Source: Thermoanaerobaculia bacterium (lineage in GTDB: Bacteria; Acidobacteriota; Thermoanaerobaculia; Multivoradales; UBA5704). Taken from it: a stretch of 64,000 bases of DNA. Location: contig DASXXC010000037.1 of NCBI GenBank assembly GCA_036503335.1, positions 782 through 64,781 on the forward strand. The letters are read 5' to 3'. The notes beneath the pieces are model-generated. The model had not been told where the DNA came from, did no database searches, and saw only the letters and a program-made list of their open reading frames with translations. Shown one piece after another: positions 28,201-37,200 of the stretch (the stretch's first letter is position 1; each line of letters starts with the position of its first letter). Position numbers and translations under genes: made by a program.

Positions 28201-31200
28201 CGCGGTGGCCGGCGCCGTCCTCGGCGGCTCCCCCCGGCCGTCCGGCACCGACGTCACCGCCGCCGCCCTGAGCTTCGATCCCCAGGTGGTGCTCCCGTCG
28301 CAGACGAGCCTCGCGACGGTCGGCTATACCACGGCCCAGCCGGTGGCGAGCGGCCTGCCGCTGACCCTGCTCGTCCAGGAGAATCTGACCCTCCTCGACG
28401 ACTCCTCGCGCCGCCAGACCCCCTATCAGGCCGACCTGATCCTCTACCACGCGCCCGGCGGCTCCGCCCGGTCCCGGTTCCGCCTGCGGCCGTCGGACAC
28501 GGCGCAGACCCTGCCGCTCAAGATGGGCGCAGAGGACGTGACCCTGCGCTCCTACGGCGACGCGGTCGCTGGGAACGTGATCGGCGCCGACGGCGGCACG
28601 GTCTCCGACGACGAGGGGGACCACGTCGACCTGCCGGCGGGGGCGGTGGCCGATCCCACCGCCGTGACCCTCACGCGCAAGACGCCTGATGATCTGCCGC
28701 TGGCCGTGCCGGCCGGCACCGAGCTCGCGGGGGTGGTGTCTCTCGACCTCGGCGGCCGGAGCCTGTTGGCCCCCGCCGCGCTCTCCCTGGCCCTGTCGAC
28801 CGCGCCGGCGAGCGGTGACAAGGGGCTGTTGCTCCAGGCGGTGGACCTCGAAACGGGTCCGGCCTGGCGGCCCGTGGCGGCCCTTCTGGCGACCGCCACC
28901 GGCTGGACCACCGCGCCGATCGATCCCGCCGACCTGCCGTGGCCGGGGGTCCGGGACGAGGGGATCTACGCCTTCGTCCGCCTGACGACCCCTCTCGGCT
29001 ATCTCCGCGGCACCGTCTTCGACGTCGGCGGCGCGGCGCTCGCCGGCGCCCAGGTACACGGCTCGGCGGTGAGCTGGCTGCAGATCGCCGGCTCCGACGG
29101 CCGCTACGTCCTCCCCGCGCCAGTGGGCACCCTCGGCGTCGCGGCCGAGAATCCGGCCACAGGCAACGAGGCCACGGCGAGCACGACCATCCCCGCGGCC
29201 GACGCCCGCGTCGATCTCGACCTCCATCTCGCGGCCACCGGCCCGCACGTCCTAGAGATCTCGCCCGCCGACGGCGCGGTGGACATCCCGCAGGGGATCC
29301 AGCCCACGGCGCGCTTCAGCAAGGCGATCGATTCCACCACGGTCGCCGCCGCCGTCCAGCTCCTCCAGGGGGGAGCCCCGGTGGCCGTCGACCTCGACGT
29401 CCAGGGCGGCGTGCTCCTGCGGGTGACGCCGCGCGCGACCCTGCTGCCCGGCACCGTCTACGAACTGCGGGTGGGCACCGGCGTGCGCGACCTCCAGGGC
29501 AACCCCCTGGACGCTCCGGCCTCCGCCACCTTCACCACGCGGCGCATCATCCAATCGAACGACCTCGACCTCTCGCGAGTCTTCCTGGTGGAGCCCGACG
29601 CCAACGGCGAGGCGCACGTGACCGGCCGCGCCGGCGCCGTGCCGGCGGGAGCGCTGGTCTTCGTGGAGAACCTCTCGGCGCTGGCCAACACGCCCTCAGT
29701 GACCGCCGGTGCCGACGGCTCCTTCAGCCTGTCGCTCCAGGCGGCGCTCACGCACCGGCTGGTGCTGCACGTGCTGATCACCGGCAGCAACGAGGTGGTC
29801 ACCGAGCTGACCCCCTTCCACACCGCCGACCTCAAGGGAGCCTACGTGGGCACGCAGGCGGTGACGTTCACCACCGGGGACGGGGTGGCGGTCGAGGTGC
29901 CCGAGGGGGCGTTCTCCGGCCCCACCCGGGTGAGGCTCGAGCCGCAGCCGCTCTCGCCCCCGGCGTCGCCGGTCCCCGCGGGGATGGCCGCCGTCTATAA
30001 CTTCCAACTCGACTTCGCGGGCGCGGAGGCGAAGAAGCCTCTCCAGATCAGCATTCCGAAGCCGGCCGGCTCTCCCGACGCGGTCGACGGGGTCTACCTG
30101 CTCAACCGCATGATCGTGATCCAGGGCAAGACCTACTGGATGCTGCACGACCTCATGCGGCTCGACGCCACCGGCCGCCTCACCACCGACCTCCCGCCGG
30201 CCGGCGCCGCCGCTTCCGGCGCCACGGCCAATCCCCAGGTCGCCTCGCTAGGCGATCCGTTCCGGCTCGCCGCGGCGCTGAGCCCGGACGGCCCGGTCGT
30301 CGCGCCCAAGGTGCTTCTGCGGAGCTACAAGTACTACGTCACCGGCTCCGCCTTCCCGGGCCAGTACGAGGTCGCCGCGTCGCAGATCCCGCTCGGATTC
30401 ACGCTCTTCCCCAGCTTTGACGTGAATTTCCTGGTGGGGATCTGGAACCTCGGGATGGAGGGGATGGCGACGGCCATCGACCGCTCGGTTGCGCAGCTTC
30501 TCGAAGGGGACGCCGTTCTCATCCCCACCCGCCGCCACGTGCCGTTCACTCTGGAGGTGCGGAACCTTTCAACCGGCTTCCTCCTGTCCAGGGAGACCTT
30601 CCCGGCCGTGGAAGACGACAGCTTCGTCGAGCTTCCTCCGGACGTCTATGGCGACAAGGAGGCGCCGTGGCCGGTCGACGGGAATCCGGTGCGGTTCATG
30701 CTCCTCAACCTCGCGGGGCCCTCCGAGCAGGAGCTGGCAAGCGGGGTCAAGGCCAAGCTGCAGAATGGCCAGATCACCGTCACGGGAGAGGACGACTCGA
30801 CCCAGAAGGACGTGCAGATCCGGCTGATCGGGCTCGACGACGACACCAGCACTACCGTCACCAGCAGCGACTCGGGAAGCTTCGATCTCAATACCCAGGG
30901 CAAGGCCGGGAACCGGTACATCCTGGCGATCGGCGCCCGCATTCCGGCCGATCAGCCGCTGGAGATCACGTTCAACGAGGCTCTCTCCCAGGGCTTCCCC
31001 GGGATCGACGTGATGGACGGCGGGGGTCACTCCCTGCACCCGGACAAAGACCCCGTGGGCACGCGGGCCACCGTGCGGGTCCACCTCAAGACCAGCTGGC
31101 GCACCGGGCAGCGCTACACGCTGCACCTCGGCAAGGAGCTCGCCGATGCCAGCGGCAACGCCTGGCAGCACGATCTCGACGTCGAATTCGAGGTCGCGGC

Positions 31201-34200
31201 CAGCGACAACATCGGCACTTTCGAGCTGCCCGCCGTCCGCGACGTCGCCCATCTGGGGAGCTGGCTGTTCGTAGCCGCGGATACCAAGGGGATGATGATC
31301 CTCGACGCGGCGGACCCTGCGCACGTGAGCAACGTGCTGCCGGGCGACCTTGCCATCCCCTTCCCCTACAGCGACCCGGTGCGCGGCGTGGCCGTCGATC
31401 CGCACGGGCGCGTGCTGCTGGCCGGCGGCGGCGTCAACAGCCCCGGCCAGCTCAAGATCTTCGATCCGCTGGCGCTCGACGTCCAGGCGATCACCGATCA
31501 TCCCAACGACCTGAGCCTGCTCCTCGCCCCCTACAAGGGGAGCACGATCGTCTCCGACAAGCTCGGCGGCACCGGGACGCAGCTCCCCTCGGGCCTGCCC
31601 CGGCGCATCGCCCTGCTGTCGAACGACGACAGCGACGAATGGATCTTGGGAGACCCGGAGCCCGAGGACGTCTCGGTCGTTGAGGACGTCCCGCAGGTGG
31701 GCCCCGACGGCAAGCCGCTCCCGGATTTCAAGGTGACGGTCACCGGCACGGGGGCCGAGCCCAACCTGCCCGTGTCCTTGCAGGACGTGGACCGCGGGCG
31801 CTGGACGCGGGTCGACGCCGAAGCGGACGGCAGCTTCTCGATCGAGCTCGACGTTCAGAAGGGGGACCGTCTCCGCCTCCTGCGCAACCGCGCCTCCATC
31901 GCCTACGTGGCGACCAGCGGCGTCGGCCTCGAGGTGGTGGATGTCAACGCCTTCTATAACGAAGATCACAGCTTCGTTCAGAGCGACATCCTCGGCACGT
32001 ATAGCGGCTTCCAGGCCGGCCTCACTCTCTGTGGCCAGCCAGTGGCGGACGTCGGGACCGCCTTCACCAATCTCGACACGCTCTTTGACGAGACCAACCT
32101 GAACCCCTTGACGATCGTGGGGCTGGTCGCCAACCGCGGCTTCCTGCTGTTGCGGAGCAATCCGAATTCGGTCGGCAACATCTCCTTGATCAATTCGGAA
32201 TGTACCGAGGTGGATGGGAGCACCGCCGTTTCGGCTCTGGCGGTGCTGCAAAACTATCCTTTCGATCTCAACGATGACGGTGAGCTCTCACCCTCCGAAT
32301 ACCGGGATTACGTCCTGGTCGCCCACCAGGCGGCCGGCATCCTCCTCTACGACATTACCAACCGGGGGGACATCAAGCTCGTGGGGCGGATCCGCATGCC
32401 CGGCCAGGTCTCCGCGCTCAGCGTGGATCGGGAGGCCCGCCGGTTGATCGTGGCCGGCGGCGGAGCGGGCTTCTATGTGGTGGACCTGGACGCCCCCCCG
32501 AGCCTCGATCTCATCGACGTCGATCAGGACGGCAAGGACGACCGCATCCTGGAGACGGTCACCCTGACCGGGAACACCAACTCGAACGTGCACCTGATCC
32601 CCGAGCTCGGCCTGGCCCTGGCCGGCGGCCTCAACCGTGGATTGACGACCGTGGCCATCGGTCATCCGCAGGTCGACGCCATCACGCGCAACGACGACGG
32701 GACCTATCGCAAGGTCGAGCGCCTGGCGCCTTTCGGCGTGCCCTCGGAGAAGGGGGAGGAGAGCGATCCCGACTCCCCGATGATGCCGGGCTCTTTCCGC
32801 GTCCGCGCCTCGTTGCCGGGCCTGGTGGGGGATACCGTCACGCTGAAGGTCAGTGACATCACCACCGCCTGCCTGGTCGACGATCTGCCGGCGGAAAAAG
32901 AGGTCACGCTGCACCGGATGGCAACCAGGGCCTTCGAGCCCGGATATCAGATGTACCTGTCGGACGAGATCTCCGTCCTTTCCGACCCCCGGGCTTCCCA
33001 CAAGTACGACCGCACGGAGGACGAAAAAAAGAATTGCATCCGCTGCGATCAGGAGGAAGAAAACGTTTCTGACGACGCCGTCGAGGTGCTCTCGGGCGAT
33101 TTCGTCAGCGTCCACTTCCCCGACGAGATCCGCGAGCAGCTCAAGGACGTCTATTCGCACGACCGTCTCGATGCCTCGGAGCTCCACATTCCGAGCGTGC
33201 GCTGGGATCTGGTGCCGTCCGATCATCAGGAATCCCGGCGCGATGCCGGATTCACCACGGCGGCCCCCGGCCTCCTCGGAGGCTCCGGCGAGATGTCGAG
33301 CGACTCGACCGACCTGTCGGTCCGCGGGCGGGGCCTTGACTTCGTGGTGCACCGCACCTACCGCAGCCAGACGATCGGCGCCGGCCCCTTCGGCCCCGGT
33401 TGGGATTTCAACTACAACGAGCGGCTCCGGGCCCTGCCGAACGGCGACGTCGACTACTACGACGGCCGGGGGCGCCGTGAGACCTTCACGAAGCAGCAGG
33501 ACGGCACGCTCAAGCCCCCGACCGGCATGTTCGTGACTCTGGAGCGGAATGAGAGCGGCTGGGTGATGATCGATGTCCACCACATGACCACCCGCTTCGA
33601 CGATCGCGGACGGCTCACCTCGATCGCCGATGCCGTGAAGGATTCCAAGGACACCGGCAACGAGATCACCTTCTTCTACGACGCCAAAGCCCGTCTCGTC
33701 CGCGCCCATGAAACCACCGGCCGGGACATCCTCTTCGAGCGGCGCGAGGAGGGTTGCGGCGAGATCTCCAAGATCACCGATTTCGACAACCGCGAGTTCC
33801 TCTACGAGTACGACGACAAGAACCGTCTGATCTCGGTGAAGACCCCGCCGGTCGAAACCGTGCTCTCGATCGGTGATCAGCTCACCACCCAGGGCGATCC
33901 GCTGGAGACCAAGTACACCTACGACGACGCCAGCGGCACGCTCGCCCAGGTCCTGGGGCAGCGAGACAACCTGACCTCGGCCTCCGACGCCAAGGGGCAG
34001 GACTGGCTGCAGGTCACCTATGGGGACGCCCACGGCAACGGGCGCAAGAACGACGTGACCGGGCAGACCCTGGGCGGCGGTAACCTCCAGGTTCAGTACG
34101 ACTTCAACGCCCATCAGTCGATGGTCACCGATCCGCGTGGCAGCACCTTCTCCTACACCTTCAACGACAAGGGGCAGGTGCAGGAAGTCAAGGACCCCGC

Positions 34201-37200
34201 GAATGGAGTGGTCTCCTACACGCACGACGACGAAGGTCTGGTGACCTCCCGGACCGACGCCTATGGCCGGGTCACCACCTACGAATACGACACCGCCTGC
34301 GGCGACGGCTCGCCGGTCGGTGACCGCCGCAGCCGCGGCAACCTGACCCGGGTGACCATCACGCCCGACGCCCGGGGCTCCAACGGCTCGTCCGGCATCC
34401 TGGTGAGCTGCACGGCCTATGAGGGCTACAGCAACCAGCCGACCCTGACGATCGATCCGCGCGGGACCAGGACGGTCATCAACCGCAACGAGGTGGGGCT
34501 GCCGCTCTCCGTCACCCAGGCGGCGGGCACTCCGGACGCCTCGACCGTCCAGACGACCTACAACGACTACGGCCAGCCGGTCCAGGTGGTCAATCCGAAC
34601 GGCCACGTCACGCAGTACCAGTACGACCTCAACGGCTATCCCTCGGGCATGGTGGTCGATCCGGCGGGGCTCGGGCTGGTCACGCACTACAACAACGATG
34701 CGCGCGGTAACGTGACCTCGATGACCGATCCGCGGGGCGTCACCTTCACCCGCGCCTACAACGCTCTGAACTGGGTCACGGCGACCCGGCGCGGGGCTAC
34801 CGCCCCCCATGACAACCCGGGAGCGCCGGTCCTCAACTATGAGACCACCTACTTCTACGATCCCAACGGCAAGTTGGTGGAAGAGCATCTGCCCTATGGC
34901 GACGGCTCGGCCTTCACCCGGCGGGCCTACATCTACGACGAGCTCGACCAGCTCACCTTCACGCTCGAGCAGGCGATGCCGGGCCAGCCGTTCGCCGAAT
35001 GGTCCTCGACCGCCCGTACCTACGACCTGAATCGCAACCTTATTCAGGTCGTGGAGCCCGACGGGCAGACGACCGCCTTCATCTATGACCAGCGGAACTA
35101 TCTGACCGCGAGCGTTCGCGGCGTCAGCACGGAGCACCCCGGGCAGGAGGTCACCGAGCACTACGCCTACGATCTGGAAGGAAAGAGGACCTCCTATACC
35201 GACGGCCGCGGCGGTGTCTGGAGCACCGAGTACGACGGCTACGGCCGCGTCGCCAGGACCACCGACGCCCTGGGCAACAGCGCCGCCGTCTCTTATGACG
35301 ACACCGGCAACCCCACGGTCACCGGGGTTTACCAGGCGCCGCAGCAGGCCGGCGGCGCCGCGGCCCTGCTGGCCCAGAAGACCGCCGACTACGACCGCCT
35401 GAACCGGCCCACGGCGATCCATCAGAAGCTCTGGCAGGGAGCGAATGGCGGCGCGCGCGACCTCACCGCGAGCTTCCAGTACGACGCGGCCTCGAACCTG
35501 GTGAAGGCGATCGATCCGCTCAACCGGCAGGTGACGTCCGAGCTCGATCACGCCGAGCGGCTGATCGCCTCCACCGATCCCATGGGCAACCGGACCGAGC
35601 TCGATCTCGACAAGGCCGGCAATCCGGCCGTCCGCCGTTCGATCGAGGTGCAGCCCGCCGGTGGAACGGTCACGGTCACCACCACGTCCACCTTCGATGC
35701 CCTGGGCCGCGTCGCCTCCGTCAGGGACGACCTCGGCAACCTCCAGAAATATTTCTACGACGCGCGCAACAACCTGCAGTCGGCGGTCGATCCGGAAAAC
35801 TTCGTCACCACGCGGACCTACGACGGGCTCGACCGTCTGATCCGCGAAGTGAGGCCCGAGGGGATCTCGGTCGACTACAGCTACGACAAGAGCTCCCGCC
35901 TGATCTCCTACAAGGATGCTCTGGAGCAGGAGACCAAGTACACCTACGACGCGCTGAACCGCAAGACCGGCGTCGAGTACCCGGACCATACGACCGAGGC
36001 CTACGAGTACGACGCCAACAGCAATCCGACGCAGATCACCGATGCCAACGGCAATGTGGTCGTGCAGACCTTCGACGCCGGCAACCGGCTGACCGGCCGC
36101 TCCGTGACGCGCGGCTCTGGCGTCATCGGTCCCACGAGCGAAACCTACGCCTACGACGGCCTGAACCGGATGACGCAGGCGACCTCCGGCACCGTCACCA
36201 CGCTGCTGACTTTCGATTCACTGTCGCGGCTCGTCGCCGAGCAGACCGCGGGGCGGAGCTTCGTCTACGACCTCGACGACGCGGGCAATTCGACGCGGGT
36301 TCAGTATCCGTCCGGCTTCGCCCTGCGCCAGACCTTCGACCCGCTGAACCGGCCGAGCGCCATCGACTGGTGGAGCAGCAGCACCGGCACCCCGTTCGCC
36401 CACCCGGTGAGCTATGGCTATCGCGGAACGGGCCTGATCGTTTCCAAGACCCTGGGCAACGGCCTCACCGGGACCCGCCAGTACGACGCCGCCCGCCGCC
36501 TGCTGGAGGAGACCCTCCAGACCGCAGGAGGCCAGACCGTCTTCCGCGAGAGCCTCACCTGGACGCCGCGCAGCCTCAAGGCGTCCCAGGCCCGCCGTGA
36601 CCTCAACGGCAAGGGGATGCTCTTCTCCTATGACGGCGCCAGCCGGCTGATCCAGGCGACCCAGACGGCCAACCCGACCCTGCCCAACAATGTGGCCGCG
36701 GCGCCCGAGGATTTCACCCAGCTCACCGACGCCTTCGCCTACAACTACGACAAGGCGCAGAACCTCCTCTCCACCACGAAGAAGGAGGACGGGGTTGCCG
36801 AGGCCGTGGCGCTCCCGCTCGACGGCTCGAAGCGCAACCGTCCGGCCTCCGTCGGCGCCAGCGCCCTGACGTGGGACGCCAACGGAAACCTGCTGAGCAA
36901 GGGGGACCTGCGCTTCCAATACGACTATCGCAACCGTCTCACCCGCGTGAGCCGGGCCAACGGCGATGAGGTCGCCACCTACGAGTACGACGCCCTCAAC
37001 CGGCGCGTCAAGAAGACGGTGGGAACCGACACCTATGAGACCGCCTGGCGCGGCTGGCAGCCCGTCGAGGAGTACCACAACGGCACCCAGCTCGATCAGC
37101 GCCGCGTCTACGGTCTGGGCATCGACGAGATTGTTCAGGCGCAGACGGATTTCAACGGCACCAGCGAGCCCGGCCAGGTCTACGCGCCGGTCTACGACTC

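Noticed and set aside
25250-33300. Search for PAAR, VgrG-binding, TPS (two-partner secretion) or MafB/PT-type N-terminal delivery domains in the Rhs protein
   Set aside because: By eye, nothing after the signal peptide resembles these domains. The region is Ig-like, SbsA-like, carboxypeptidase-regulatory-like and LVIVD-like. This is absence of evidence only and needs HMM confirmation.
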